Notes: generated by a model not told the origin, from the sequence alone. Numbered from the stretch's first letter, positions 10,266 to 22,807 are shown. The stretch: DNA of 64,000 bases from Oopsacas minuta (GCA_024704765.1 JAKMXF010000066.1:186001-250000); one strand, 5' to 3'. Made by a program: numbers and translations.

Positions 10266-12821
10266 TTACTCACAATGGGCGTTTAACCTAGAAGGGCGGC
10301 TGAGTTAGTACGAATACTGTAGTATTATCTAGCTGAGCATTTAGGCTTTGTTCTTAGATAGAGTCAGGAATTCCCTGATAAAAGATCTAAGAACACGATG
10401 GGGGCTATTATCCTATTAGAGGAATAAGATTGCCAGCCTGATAGAAAAAACAATGAGCCATAGACTACTATATCATACAGATAGGAAAGTAGCCGAGCAA
10501 CGAATAAAAAAGAGAGGCCATTTATATAAATCTCATAAAACTTAAATTAACCCTTCAAAATTTGTGAATTGAACTTTTTTAGGGTTAGAAAATGTGAAGA
10601 ATCAGTTAAGACTACCTAAAAAGTTCAAACGGCCATCCTTCATCTCGTTTAGGCGTATTCAAATCACTACATCAAAATTCACACAAATGCTCATCAAAAA
10701 TAGGATTTTTTACTTTTTGAAATTCTTGTATTTCGATGAATTAATGTCCTCTATTTATTCATATGGTATAAATAACGTTTTCTTGAGAATAGATTTCGGA
10801 TCACATCTTCATACCATATTTTTTGATAAATATAATATTTTCATGTCCATGGTATAATTCAGAAATTTTTCCAATAAGCTATCTTTAAAACATGGATTTA
10901 ACTTGGGTGTGAAGTACATATATGAATTCACACAATATTAGCATAAAGTTAAATAAAATACATTTCTCACAAAATTCTTTGAGAAAATAGTTAAATTATA
11001 TAAATGCTAACGTCATCGCATAAATGGCGCCTAAACGAGATGAAGGATGGCCGTTTGAACTTTTTAGGTAGTCTTAACTGATTCTTCACATTTTCTAACC
11101 CTAAAAAAGTTCAATTCACAAATTTTGAAGGGTTAATTTAAGTTTTATGAGATTTATATAAATGGCCTCTCTTTTTTATTCGTTGCTCGGCTACTTTCCT
11201 ATCTGTATGATATAGTAGTCTATGATTAAGCTTATACCGTTTTAGCGCAATTTAAGTAAATCAATCAGTAGTGCTTCAGGTTTGCATTTCATGTTCCATT
11301 TCGTGTTTTGTGTATGTGATTTACTTTCTGTCCTTCGTGTCGTGTTGATGTGAAATTTGAACACGACGCTCGTCTCTAAATTATATACAGTAATATTCCT
11401 GAATTCAGTTAATTGCAATATTCGCCGAATAGCAAGTTCGCAAGGGACATTCGTGCAAATTAAGACTCGCTAATAATAGAACTTCTATATCGTATTAAGC
11501 ATTTGTGGGGTATTAAGAATAATCATTATTGATGCTGTGATATTATAACCATGATTCACTTTGCTTGATAGTTATATCTTATATGTAATACTTTTCCAAA
11601 AGAATTGGAGGAAATCGAACCTACTTAGAACATCTTTACCAATTTTAATGGTTGTTGTAAATACATACCATCATATACGATGCAATTTGTTCCATGCCAC
11701 AAAGAAGCATAACAAAGTTGCAAGAAAATAGAATTCAGAGCACGCTCCTAGTGCTCCTCCTCTCAAATTTTCATTGCCTAAATCAGAAAATTATTGTTAT
11801 TGTAAAGGGAAAGATTCCCGATTTATCAAGGGAGTATATATAAAATCGTCAAAGATCATACGCCTAGAAGAGTGCAAGTAACGATGAATATGTATTACGT
11901 GATACACCTAGTTAATAATACGTATTATGCTTATTGACGTATAAGTATAATAGTTCAAATAGACGTATTGAACCATGTGAGTGAAAGGATATTCATTTGT
12001 TTTTGCATTTATGTAAATTGGATATTGCGTTAGAATATTAATGAATGTACCAATATTATGGCAAATAAACTCATTTATTTGATTACGTATTCTGTCAAAT
12101 AAATTAAATTTGTCTAGAAGGGGATTCAAAGTAATATTCACCTATTATCTGGGGTAATAATGCATATCTCTATCTATTCCATCCTTACCAACTCTTTCTA
12201 TCAATTTACCCGGGTATTTATCTCGAAATCCCGGGACTTTCAGGGCTTGCAGATAATAAGATTTTTCACAATTTTACCAGAAAATTGCGAGAAATATCCA
12301 ATTTCCCCCTAGCTAAACGTCAAAACCCGGGAAGGTTGTCAAGTATGCTATTCCATACCTGTAATATAGTTCTCGGCGCCTCGAGTTTGTAAATAAGTTT
12401 TTACAGATTTTTCTATGTATTCGAATAGCTTGCTTGTACTGATTATTATTAATCCAGGGTATTTAAAGGTACTTTGATTATTGTACAAATAATTATACCA
12501 TTAGCTGAAGGAGGCTCTCATAATCCAAGGCATTACATTTTTAAATGTTTGGACATGGTATTTACAAAACGTGTTTATTGAATAAAAGTCCTTCGTTATG
12601 ATTTACAAATATTACGCTAAAACGTTATGGATTCTAAGCTCAATTTTCTATCAGGCTGGCGATCTTATTCCTGTGTAATTGCCACCATCGTAGTTCTTAG
12701 ATCGTTTATCAGGGAATTCCTGACTCTATCTAAGAATAATACCTAAATGCTCAGCCAGATAATACTACAGTATTCATACTAATTCAGCCCCCCTTCTAGG
12801 TTAAACGCCCATTGTGAGTAA
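10266..12821. repeat. Pair of ~140-bp inverted repeats (10266-10405 / 12681-12821), possible TIRs of a larger non-autonomous element
   Basis: ttactcacaatgggcgtttaacctagaag...cgatgggggc is matched in reverse at 12681-12821 with scattered mismatches; no TSD identified. Confidence 0.65.
10459..11224. mobile_element. MITE with 197-bp apparently perfect TIRs
   Basis: 10459-10655 (catagactactata...tttaggcg) is the reverse complement of 11028-11224; no obvious TSD, so the superfamily is unassigned. Confidence 0.85.
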
Positions 12822-12866
12822 GCGGTGTGTTCCCATGTCCTATTAAAAGGCTCTCCCTACGGACTA

Positions 12867-12966
12867 CAGTTGAACTTCGTTAATACGAACACCAACTAAC
12901 GGCCAAATTTTGTTCGCCTTATCCGGATTTCATATTAACCGTATTCGTATTAACGGGGGTCTACTG
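12867..12966. mobile_element. Tc1/pogo-type MITE (CAGT family)
   Basis: TA|cagttgaacttcgttaatacg ... cgtattaacgggggtctactg|TA. Confidence 0.65.
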
Positions 12967-13004
12967 TAATTTCTTTTTTGGAGCTCCTCCATGATTATTT
13001 ATGG

Positions 13005-14525
13005 TTAAATTAGGGTTAATGTATTACAAATTTTCTCTGTTGCCATCATTTATTTCTATCTAGGCCGTAGTCCTAACCAGGTCTGAATGATCCGAACCGA
13101 CTATGAACATCTGTCCTCCCACCTGTACTAGTCATTGGGTTATATATTGTAACCTCATTGACATAACTTAGTTTTGTTCAACTCCCACGAATAGGGTATA
13201 ATTACACCTTGTTACTTTAATTTTGTTGTTCATAAACGAGGGATGCGTATCCCAGGGAGATCTATCTTAATTGGTACCTGCGATACATTTATTTGAGTTA
13301 CACAAATTACTCCCTTGATAACATTGCTCTCTTAAATTGCTGTTCAACCTGCTCTGATGTAAATATTTGAGATGAAAACAACAATTCAAACTTGTATATT
13401 TTGTGTGAATTTACGCTCATTCAAGAAACCCAAAGCACAAATAAAAATAAACTACCGCGTAGCGTAAGCAAGCGAACTACGCTAGATGCTTAGCTTTTAT
13501 AATTATTATCTATATTTTTACTTATTTATGAATGAACATATTTTAGTCTCAGTAGTAATTGTGTCATCTTAGTACTGCTGGATATGAATTACTTATTGTG
13601 TAATTGTAGTGATATCTCCTATGTCTTGCTTTCTATCTATAGAATACCACTTGCATACCTAAATTTAAAAATATATTTGGGTGTATTTCTTGAATATAAC
13701 GAGTGAGTAATAAGTACATGTCTACACTTTAATTTGCCTTAGTCCTTTGATCTAGTTGAAAGAGTGGTTTCCATTCTTATAAGGAGGTATATACCACCAG
13801 TGCTTTTGTCAATGATATTGGAATTTTGGAGGTAACTCATAAGAATAATAACATATATTTTTGAATGTACTATTGTTATGGAAACTATTTTACATCTGTT
13901 AATTCGAACTGTAACGGGAAAAATAATTTTGTTCGAATTAACGAATATTCGAACTATCGAATGTTGCAATAAAAAATATGTAGAACGTCAATATTGAAGA
14001 CAAAAATACAAAATTACAACCTGTGCCGACAGCTTAGAATATTAAATTCAATTTAAATAGTGGTACTATTAATTGGAGGGAATATGAAAGGTAGGTTTAA
14101 ACTGACAGAATAATGTACTCTATTTGCAGCTAATAAATCTATTCTAGGCAATTATTAGAGAGAGAGAAAGAGAGAAAGAGAGGGAGAGAGAGAGCAATGT
14201 TATCAAGGGAGTAAATTGTGTAACTAAAATGAAAATGTATCACAGCTACCAATTAAGATAGGTCTCCCTTGGGGTACGCGTCCCTCGTTTACAAAGAACA
14301 AAATTAATGTAACAAGATGTAAATATACTCTATTCGTTCGTGGGAGCTGTACAAAACTAAGTTATGTCAATGAGGTTACAATATATAATCCAATGACAAG
14401 TTACAGGTGGGAGGGCAGATGTTAATAGACGGTTCGGATTATTCAGACCGGGTTAGGACTACGGCTCAGATAGAAATAATTAATAGCAACAGATAACATT
14501 TTGAATGAAATTAACCCTAAATTAG
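13005..14525. mobile_element. Long-TIR non-autonomous element (TIRs ~13011-13332 / 14189-14519)
   Basis: The ~320-bp arms are reverse complements with many mismatches (roughly 80% by eye); they enclose the 13507-13853 duplicated segment. Confidence 0.6.
13507..13853. repeat. ~345-bp segment duplicated in inverted orientation at 16225-16570
   Basis: Near-identical reverse-complement match; it explains the shared ILMSYLQNSNIIDKSTGGIYLL text of ORFs 13739-13969(-) and 16139-16444(+). Confidence 0.9.
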
Positions 14526-14723
14526 CAAAATGTTCGAATTAAAAGGCTGTAATTTTCAGGTGAAACAGAAAATATAATCCGAATAGTAAAACGAGGGGAA
14601 ATGGAAATTCGCTTGAGATAATGAATGTTCAGGTTAAGTCATATCGTAATTCCAACATTTCTCATTTACTTAGAATTATTGTCATTCTATTCAATTGGAC
14701 ATCTACTGACTCTAGATTGTGTA

Positions 14724-15600
14724 CAGGGTGCGGCAAAAGTTCTGTCCCAAACCTAATTTGAAATATCTCATAAACCCATTAACAGACCTAGCTAATTCTT
14801 TGCTGGATCATTTATTACTTATGTTGAATTTAAAATAAGATATTATTGTTCAATATAGCCACCTTTCTTACTTACCACAGCTTGGAGTCTAGTGCTAAAT
14901 TGGTATACGGCGCGCCGGAAGTGATCCTGAGGTATTTTCAGCCATTCTCGCTGCAAGCAAGCCTTGAGAGAGCTAATATTTGCGTGAGAACTTGCGCATA
15001 CCTTCTGCTCCAAGATGGACCAAACAGAATAGTCCATAGGATTCAGGTCCGGACTGGAGGGTGGCCATTGCTCTTTAGAAATGAAGTCTATTTTTTGATC
15101 TCGGAACCACTGTTGGGTAGCGTTAGCTGTATGAGCTGGAGCTCCATCCTGCTGGAAGGTCCAACTCGTATTTCCAAAGTTCTTACAACCGAAACCCTTC
15201 ACTTCAGCATCCAGAATGAGTTCACGATAGGTTTTCGAATTGATTTTCACACCAGACGGAACAAAAATAAAATTAGTCCGGGAGTTTGCGGAGATTCCCC
15301 CCCATACCATGACCGAAGCTGGCTTTTGCCTTCTCGGTATGAATCGAAGTTGTTCTGGGATGTCTTGGACGCTGCTTGAGATGATACGATCATTCTGAGG
15401 GTTGGAAACCTCTTGAATCGTGAACAATTTCTCATCGGAGAACAATATTTTGTTCACGACTGATTGGCCGGCACGCGATAACAGACATCGACTTCTTTGC
15501 AGCCGCTTTTCTCTAATGGCCTTTGTAAGCATGTGAACTTTCCTGCGCTTGAGAGACTTTAACCCTAGGTCATCGTGCACTACGCGTGCAATAGATCTAC
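14724..15600 (-). mobile_element. 5'-truncated IS630-Tc1-mariner DD37D (maT) transposon
   Basis: ORF 14843-15580 contains FSDEKLF, FQQDGAPAH and SPDLNPMD, with 37 residues between the 2nd and 3rd D. One TIR end (TA|cagggtgcggcaaaag) is at 14724. Homology stops near 15600, and the N-terminal HTH and the other TIR are missing. Confidence 0.9.
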
Positions 15601-16686
15601 ACTACGCGTTTAAATTTTGAATATGAAGAATTTGGCCATAAGCAATATTCCCTCAATACTATCTATAAATGCACTCAACAGGGCTACAAAATTAGAAATT
15701 AATCCATCCCAAGTTAAATTTCATTCAGGTGTATAATTACATTATCTGATCGTATAATGGAGAAAAATGGATAGAACAGTGGGACGACTGCAATAGTTCT
15801 TGTATACCCCCTGTCAGGGTGGGAAACATTTAAGTTAATAACCGCTGTTATGACTACTCTATCCAAAACTAGTATACAATATACTTTTATGTTACGTTGT
15901 ACCTTAAAAGGATTGAAACTTTGAGGATAAGTCTCTAAAATATAACTACGCGGAAAGTATTTAATATCAGAACTTAATATGAAAATTTTACATAAACCCT
16001 AGGAATAATATATAAATTGTTGAATATTCCTTAACTAATATATACCAAATAGCTCTGTAAAATCGAATAATGTTAGAAGATTTTGCGTTAGTTTACTAAC
16101 ATAAGTTATATTAAATACCCGTTGCCAAAAATATTGCTTTGGTTTGCCAGAATAATGTAAAAGATAATCGATTTGCAGGAAAAATTGAAAATAGTTTCCA
16201 TAACAATAGTACATTCAAAATAATTGTTATTATTCTTATGAGTTACCTCCAAAATTCCAATATCATTGACAAAAGCACTGGTGGTATATACCTCCTTACA
16301 AGAATGGAAACCACTCTTTCAACTAGATCAAAGGACTATGGCAAATTAAAGTGTAGGCATGTACTTACTACTCACTCGTTATATTCAAGAAATACACCCA
16401 AATATATTTTAAATTCAGGTATGCAAGTGGTATTCTATAGATAGAATGCAAGACATAGGAGATATCACTACAATTACACAATAAGTAATTCATATCCAGC
16501 AGTACTAAGATGACACAATTACTACTGAGACTAAAATATGTTCATTCATAAATAATTAAATATAAAGATAATATTTATAAAAGCTAATCATTAATTCTCA
16601 AATATGTAAGCAAGAGACGATAAACAAACTTTAATAAACAACATTATGACGCACAGAATTCTACAAATATATACAAATAATCAATA

Positions 16687-17700
16687 TCAATCAAACATTT
16701 CGTTAGGCTGAATAGGATCAAACTTCTTTCCCTTAAACATGAATCTTTGTAGAAGATTAGCAAAAGTAGTAGGAGTGAGAAAGACAATGAAAGATAGGAT
16801 TTTAAGATAGTAAGGTATGTAAATGGACTCTTTGTATTTACGAATCCCTTTAACAATCTGTTTAGCTACCTCATCTGCTCCAATCGGTTTTAAATACTCA
16901 AAATATTTAGACAATGAACTAATCAATGGTGTGTTAACGAATGTAGGATATACAACAGACACATGGACATATTTACAGTTTATTCTACTCAACTCTTGCA
17001 TAAGAGAGATACAGTAGTTAGAGATAGCGCCTTTACTTGCTGAATAGTGAGTTGCATGTGTACTGCCTCGTAGCGAGTAAGAGGATGCTATACAAACTAT
17101 GTGACTCTCTTTACCGTGTTCTATCATTTTATTCAGGAAGAATTTTGTTAGATATACAATGGATAAGAAGTTAACAGTAAGTAACTGTTCTATTTCATAG
17201 TGCTGTAAATTATACAATCTCTGTATATGCAGAATACCAGCATTACACACGAGTATATCAATATGTCTGTGTTCTGTCACTACACTCTCTGCTGCTTCCT
17301 CTAACGCATCTCTATCACTCACATCAACAGTATAGGGATAAGCTATCCCTCCGTTCTCTCTTATTAACCTACATGTCTTCTCGTTCCCTTCTTCATCCAT
17401 ATCAAATAGTATTAGAATACAACCCTGTCTACATAGCTCAAGACTAGTCTCTCTACCTATACCACTGCCTGCCCCTGTCAATAGAACTATCTTACCATTC
17501 AGTTTCTGTTGTTTGAATATAGGTAAAAAAGTAGGGAGGATAGACGTAATCAACTCCACACAGATTGTCAGGGTAAGTACGACCAACATAATTGGTAGGT
17601 CAATGATTAGGTATCCAGTTCTCATGGCGTATTTGTGGAATAATATAGTAAACAGAAGGAGCAGTACTAGAATATAGTTAAACCAGTCATCTGTAAGCAT
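16687..17700 (-). CDS. Membrane-anchored short-chain dehydrogenase/reductase (SDR16C-like: RDH10/HSD17B11 group)
   Basis: ATG at 17700; N-terminal hydrophobic segments; TGAGSGIG, DVSD, NAG and YSASK motifs; VYPTFVNT. Confidence 0.9.
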   Translation of the reverse strand: MLTDDWFNYILVLLLLFTILFHKYAMRTGYLIIDLPIMLVVLTLTICVELITSILPTFLPIFKQQKLNGKIVLLTGAGSGIGRETSLELCRQGCILILFDMDEEGNEKTCRLIRENGGIAYPYTVDVSDRDALEEAAESVVTEHRHIDILVCNAGILHIQRLYNLQHYEIEQLLTVNFLSIVYLTKFFLNKMIEHGKESHIVCIASSYSLRGSTHATHYSASKGAISNYCISLMQELSRINCKYVHVSVVYPTFVNTPLISSLSKYFEYLKPIGADEVAKQIVKGIRKYKESIYIPYYLKILSFIVFLTPTTFANLLQRFMFKGKKFDPIQPNEMFD

Positions 17701-17816
17701 AGGACTGATAGAAATAGCTACCAAATACAACTCAATAGAAGTATAAACTACAATTAGAACTAAATTAATCTGGAGTTAGTATGAATTCTAACATTATAAT
17801 ATCCGTAGACTGCCGT

Positions 17817-18335
17817 TACCGGCTAACAGCAAATTTGCAATCCCGGGAGATAATGAAATAAAAATAAAAATATTCAAAATTTCTGAAAATAACAAACTAG
17901 CACACGTACTAAAAATAATGTTAATTGAACATATACGAAGAGAAGTAAGACATCCATAAGATTATAGGAATTGATAAAAGTACGAGGAATTATACATTTC
18001 AAAAACAATCATCCGAGGGTAATGATAAAAATTCAATTCAATTAGTTAAGTGCACAAATTGAATGGACAGGACAACTACATGTAAAGAAAGGCCTTACAT
18101 ATATACATTCACATTTTGGATAATTATCAGAACTAGGATTAGAATAATGCTCTGACTTTCAGGAAAAGGGTTCTATCTATACCAGTCAATCCAAAATATG
18201 GATACGATTCCTGGAATACAATAATACTTTCTAACATCAATAGTGCTCATGAGGATACTTACTCTAAAGAGAGCTAAGTTAACTTTCCCACCCTGAGTAA
18301 TAGAATTTTCTCAGTAAAACATTATATGTAATTCA
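17817..18335 (-). pseudogene. Degenerate, internally deleted copy of the 3' part and downstream flank of the 19767-20414 gene
   Basis: Colinear with ~19510-20100 (e.g. ggaatacaataatacttt.taacatcaatagtgctcatgaggata...tttcccaccctgag), with a deletion of roughly 110 nt between gattcct and ggaatac plus small indels. Confidence 0.8.
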
Positions 18336-18687
18336 TGCATAGAAATAAACCGATTGATCCGATAAACGATAAAGTGGTACGACGCTCGCAATACCTGCCG
18401 CACCGGTCATACCACCCATGAGCAATCATTTGCAAGCAAACACTCGAAAGTACAGAGAAATGCTTTGCCGTCTAAAATGGCAAAAAATCAAAGTAACATT
18501 TCTTAATTTAAAACTCAAATAATAAATATAATAATCTACTGTAACTCAAGTACTCAAATCTTACGTCTAGGCAATAAAACCCATTACAGGGAAACTAGCT
18601 AATAACAAAGTAATTACGAATCTTAAGAAGACTGAATAGAAAACAAGTTATTAATGCAAATATAGAAAAACACAATGCACTTTCACA

Positions 18688-19209
18688 TTATATAGCCCTC
18701 CCCAGCTTGACCATAGTTTCTCTAGCTAAGGTATGGATAAAATGCTTAGTAATTTTCTGATTCAACTTTTTTCCATCAGTAAACCAACCTTTAGTCTCAG
18801 TTACCTTTGCAAACTCCACCCTGATACCGCTGATGACGTAGTTGGCCTCATTGGTCCTTTTATTCCTTGTCCAATAGAAAGCGTAAACAAAGAAATCTTT
18901 ACTTCCGTCAATAAGATTACCGTAGTCGTTCTGTATTACAGTACTAAATTTATCCATAGGATAGCAGCGTTTCAGTCCAGCTAATTTCACTTTATATTGA
19001 CCCTCAAACTCTACTATTCGGACTTTCCATTCTTCTTTAGTTTCTTCTAGATTGAAACAATGCTCAAAACAGATATTTGTTTTCACATAATCTAAAATAT
19101 TATGTTTATGGTACTTAGCAATTTCATCGACTTCATTATTATCAATGAGGCCAGCGAAAAAGGAGATCGCATCTTGTTTGAAATTTGAGGGTTGAATGAG
19201 TGCAGCCAT
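18688..19209 (-). CDS. Unknown ~173 aa protein, paralog of 19767-20414
   Basis: Clean single-exon ORF with first ATG at 19209; shares F-x-x-(Y/F)-A-F-Y-W-x8/9-A-N-x6/7-V with the neighbouring ORF. Confidence 0.7.
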   Translation of the reverse strand: MAALIQPSNFKQDAISFFAGLIDNNEVDEIAKYHKHNILDYVKTNICFEHCFNLEETKEEWKVRIVEFEGQYKVKLAGLKRCYPMDKFSTVIQNDYGNLIDGSKDFFVYAFYWTRNKRTNEANYVISGIRVEFAKVTETKGWFTDGKKLNQKITKHFIHTLARETMVKLGRAI

Positions 19210-19766
19210 TACAGAAACTGATTCGCTAAACAAAGCGTATATTGTTAAATCAATTATTGTGTGTTTCCGGTTTGTATTAAAGTAACGAGTAAATACTATG
19301 AACAGTGGAAACCGCCTATTCTACGATTTGCTAATAGGCAGTTTCACTCTATAATAGTAAGTACATATATGCAGTGGTGTTTCGGAGGGGGGCGGCGTCC
19401 CCTACTTCATCTCTATGACGCAACTTCTAAGAAAAAGCTTGATTTGAACAGGGAGTGCCTCTACTTTTAGCTATTCGGTTTATATAGAAAAAGGGTTCGC
19501 TATCTCGAATGCCGGTAAAAACTAATATTTACACAAATAATGAATAAAAATTCCAATAATATCTCAAAATTCTGAAAATAACACTACGTACTAAAAAGTG
19601 ATGTTAATTGAACGCATGCGAAGACTCCGAAGAGAAGTAAAGCATGACAAAATAATACACTTTCGATGGTAAGAATATAAATTCAATCCAATTAGGTAAT
19701 CGTCCACATTGAATATAGAGGACGATCACTTGTAAAGTAAAGGCCACAAGAACTATTTACATACAT

Positions 19767-20414
19767 TCAGATTAAAGCTACTCCTGGATAATTATCAAAA
19801 CTAAGATTAGAATAAAAATACTCTGACTTTTCAGGAAAAACGCACCATCTATTCCAGTTGATCCCGAAATATGTAAATGATTCCTCCTTCTCACAAGTAC
19901 TGGGTATGATAGTGTTCAAAACCTTTAATGTTAAAGCTTTGTTTAGCTGAACACTTGTCAGAGGTGGATTTAAGAGTGGAATACAATAATACTTTGTAAC
20001 ATCAATAGTGCTCATGAGGATATTTACTCTAAGGAGAGCTAGGTTAGCTTTCCCACCCTGAGTTATAGAAGTCTCCCAGTAAAATGCGAATAACTTAAAT
20101 TCACTATTTGGATCATTAACATTGATATCAGATTGAGAAATATGCTCAATTTTATTAGATGATTTGCATTTTGATAAGACCCTCTCCTCTACGTCAGTTA
20201 GACCTAGGTCCTTGACAACGATGTCGAAATCAAGAATGTTGTTAACCTCCTTGTAGACAACATTACTCAGACTGTTGTGTAATTCAAATCTTTTGAGATC
20301 TGCCACAGATTTGTTCTTATCACTGCTAGATAATAATCTCGAGAATACTTGCTGACAAGAATTTTCAAATGATACTTCTGCTATCTCCGGGACTGGAGGA
20401 TCTGCTACTGCCAT
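19767..20414 (-). CDS. Unknown 215 aa protein, paralog of 18688-19209
   Basis: Clean single-exon ORF with ATG; contains EFKLFAFYWETSITQGGKANLALLRV; duplicated as a pseudo-copy nearby. Confidence 0.75.
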   Translation of the reverse strand: MAVADPPVPEIAEVSFENSCQQVFSRLLSSSDKNKSVADLKRFELHNSLSNVVYKEVNNILDFDIVVKDLGLTDVEERVLSKCKSSNKIEHISQSDINVNDPNSEFKLFAFYWETSITQGGKANLALLRVNILMSTIDVTKYYCIPLLNPPLTSVQLNKALTLKVLNTIIPSTCEKEESFTYFGINWNRWCVFPEKSEYFYSNLSFDNYPGVALI

Positions 20415-21508
20415 GTTTACTAATATATATTTAATAAAATGCTGTTTGAACCAACAACCTAAATTGCGCTAAATAAGAATACGCACATAGATGGATGTAC
20501 GAATCTTTGGGGTATATTTATTTATAACTTGATTAAATAGTAAAAAACACAGACCAAATGCATGCTTATTTAGTCAAAAGTGAGAATATGAAAAATACAT
20601 ATTATTTGTACCAAAAAACGATAAATTTAAAAGTCATCCAATTAGACTAGGTCTTCTAGTAGCTCCTCTCCTCCATCCAAGTTGAAGATAGTTTCATAAA
20701 CTATGTAATGTAGAAATACTTATTGAGAGTTTGAAATTTACTATCACTCCATTATAGACCAACCACTCCTTGGTAACTTTGATTTCACTTTAATACCACC
20801 AATTATGTAGCTCGACCTTGAGTTAATGTATTCTTAACCGAATACAGCCGAGAAAATGTGTGATTTTATGACTTCAAACAGCTGATAAAATCTCGTTTTG
20901 GTGCGGGAATTGGTTAAAACGAAGTGGTAAATTTTAGTGTTCCTTTACATTACGAACTACGAACGTAAAACTTCAGTCGTGATCGTTTAACCCAGCAGAA
21001 AAAGTAAACATTGAAATCTTCAGTACCGTCACCAATCTCCTGAATTATTGGTCCGGTAAAACTACCAGCAATATAGCAGCTTTTCAATACAGTCAGTTCT
21101 ATGTCATAAGCAGGACTTAAATACCTTTTAAGGAAGTGAATCGCAGTTTCTGTGATTTTCTGGTCAATACTTGATGGGCCTTTTATATCGCAAATTAGTA
21201 TGTAATATTACAAAATTGTAATTACATAAATATCTAGAAATGAAAACCTAGAATTTAAAATGGTTAATTATGCTGGTACCTTGGATGTCGGTTATAAGTA
21301 CACCCTTGGAGTAATATATGTCTTTATAGCCAGTATACAATATACAAGAATATACGGGAACACATATCCAGAGGATGGTGCTTATATCCGGCATGTTCTT
21401 TTATCCGGTGTTCTTACAACCGACATTCACTGTACTATAATTATTCGATTTATTGCGTGCTAAAAGGAAATAAACAATATAATACGTATGTGAATGACGT
21501 CATAAACC

Positions 21509-22111
21509 TCATATACGTCCCTTTGCTTCCTGTGTAGCCTTTAATTTAGCTTTCTTCTCAGCTTTAGCAGCATCTACTAATGTCTTTCTTCTATGAAACG
21601 TATACTTATCTATTAGAATATCGATCTCTTCTAGCTTGTACTTTTCCTTGAGTTCTTCATAAAGAGGGAAATCTATCCGCTTTACGTAACGGAATAGTTT
21701 CTTGCGTTTGAACTTCAGAATACGTCTGTTAGCTTTAGATTGTTTATCTTTATTAAATTTATCAATGTGTAAATTGATATTTTCTATCCTACTTGAGAGA
21801 TTAGCGATCACAGCTCTCATCCTTGACCATCTCTCATCCTTATCCTTAATTGACATATCAATTTTCCTACGCTCTATTCTGTCTATTATACTCTTTGGGA
21901 GATATTTAAGTTGTAGGTGTGGAGGTAGGTCTGGATTGTTTTCATTTCTGACGCAGAATTCTATAAAGTTAGCATTTTTAAATCTGTCAGGAGAGACTGG
22001 GGTTATACGTTTGATAGAATGTATTGGAGCTTTAACTAATGGTGTAGTGATTGGGAGACCAGTGCTAGCTCTGGAAATATTCAGAGAAGAAAATCTAAGT
22101 AGAAGTGACAT
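21509..22111 (-). CDS. MRPS15: Mitochondrial ribosomal protein S15 (uS15m)
   Basis: Ser/Arg-rich presequence-like N-terminus. IANLSSRIENINLHIDKFNKDKQSK...KRKKLFRYVKRIDFPLYEELKEKYKL matches the S15 domain pattern. Confidence 0.8.
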   Translation of the reverse strand: MSLLLRFSSLNISRASTGLPITTPLVKAPIHSIKRITPVSPDRFKNANFIEFCVRNENNPDLPPHLQLKYLPKSIIDRIERRKIDMSIKDKDERWSRMRAVIANLSSRIENINLHIDKFNKDKQSKANRRILKFKRKKLFRYVKRIDFPLYEELKEKYKLEEIDILIDKYTFHRRKTLVDAAKAEKKAKLKATQEAKGRI

Positions 22112-22206
22112 CTAGATGTCAACATATACTAAACAAGTTAAATATTTCATGAACAACAATTGATATACAAATAAGCAATTGCGTGTTTGGTTTGGCGGAT
22201 CCAATA

Positions 22207-22370
22207 CAGTGGAGTTCGCTTATTAGCAAGTCGGGTTTTGCACGAGAAAACTTGCTAATAAGCTAACCTGTTTATACATAAATACCTATACCTTTGCTCC
22301 GTGCACTGAAAAAACTTGCTGATAAGCGAATCTTACTAATAAGGCAATTGCTAATAGACGAACTCTACTG
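22207..22370. mobile_element. Tc1/pogo-type MITE (CAGT family)
   Basis: TA|cagtggagttcgcttattagcaa ... ttgctaatagacgaactctactg|TA. Confidence 0.7.
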
Positions 22371-22807
22371 TAGTTCGAATTACTCAGTGCAGTAGTGAAT
22401 CAATTCGGAATATGGATATGTAGTCCTTGCAATTACGATTGCTGTTTACTGAGACATTTCTCTACATTCTACAACATAGTACGACATTCCTCTACATTTA
22501 CGAAATTCTGTTCTAGCTCACGACTACTCACTCAAATTTCATTCTAACTAACAACAGCATAGTACCTAGTTCCGATTCGAATTCACGCCTCGCAAATCTA
22601 ATAAATATAGACTGGGAACTAGATATATTTTCACATTTCAAGCTTCAATAACGAGAATGATACGATAATACAAGAGAATGAAAGTCTGCAAAATAAATTG
22701 TTAAAATACTAAACTTCAGACAGTTCAAAACATCTTCCCAATTCGTAATACAGCTAGCTGTACATGCAATTTAAATAGCTAATCAAGTATATCAATAACA
22801 AATTAGT

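Noticed and set aside
14846-15379. 177-aa plus-strand ORF and other antisense ORFs (e.g. 21702-22115, 46907-47146)
   Set aside because: These are shadow ORFs opposite well-supported genes.
13739-16444. Two ORFs sharing ILMSYLQNSNIIDKSTGGIYLL as a gene family
   Set aside because: The identity comes from the inverted DNA duplication; they have non-ATG starts and no coding signal.
18340-18485. GC-richer island that might be an snRNA or snoRNA
   Set aside because: I could not identify an Sm site, box C/D, H/ACA or tRNA cloverleaf. An Rfam/Infernal scan would be needed.
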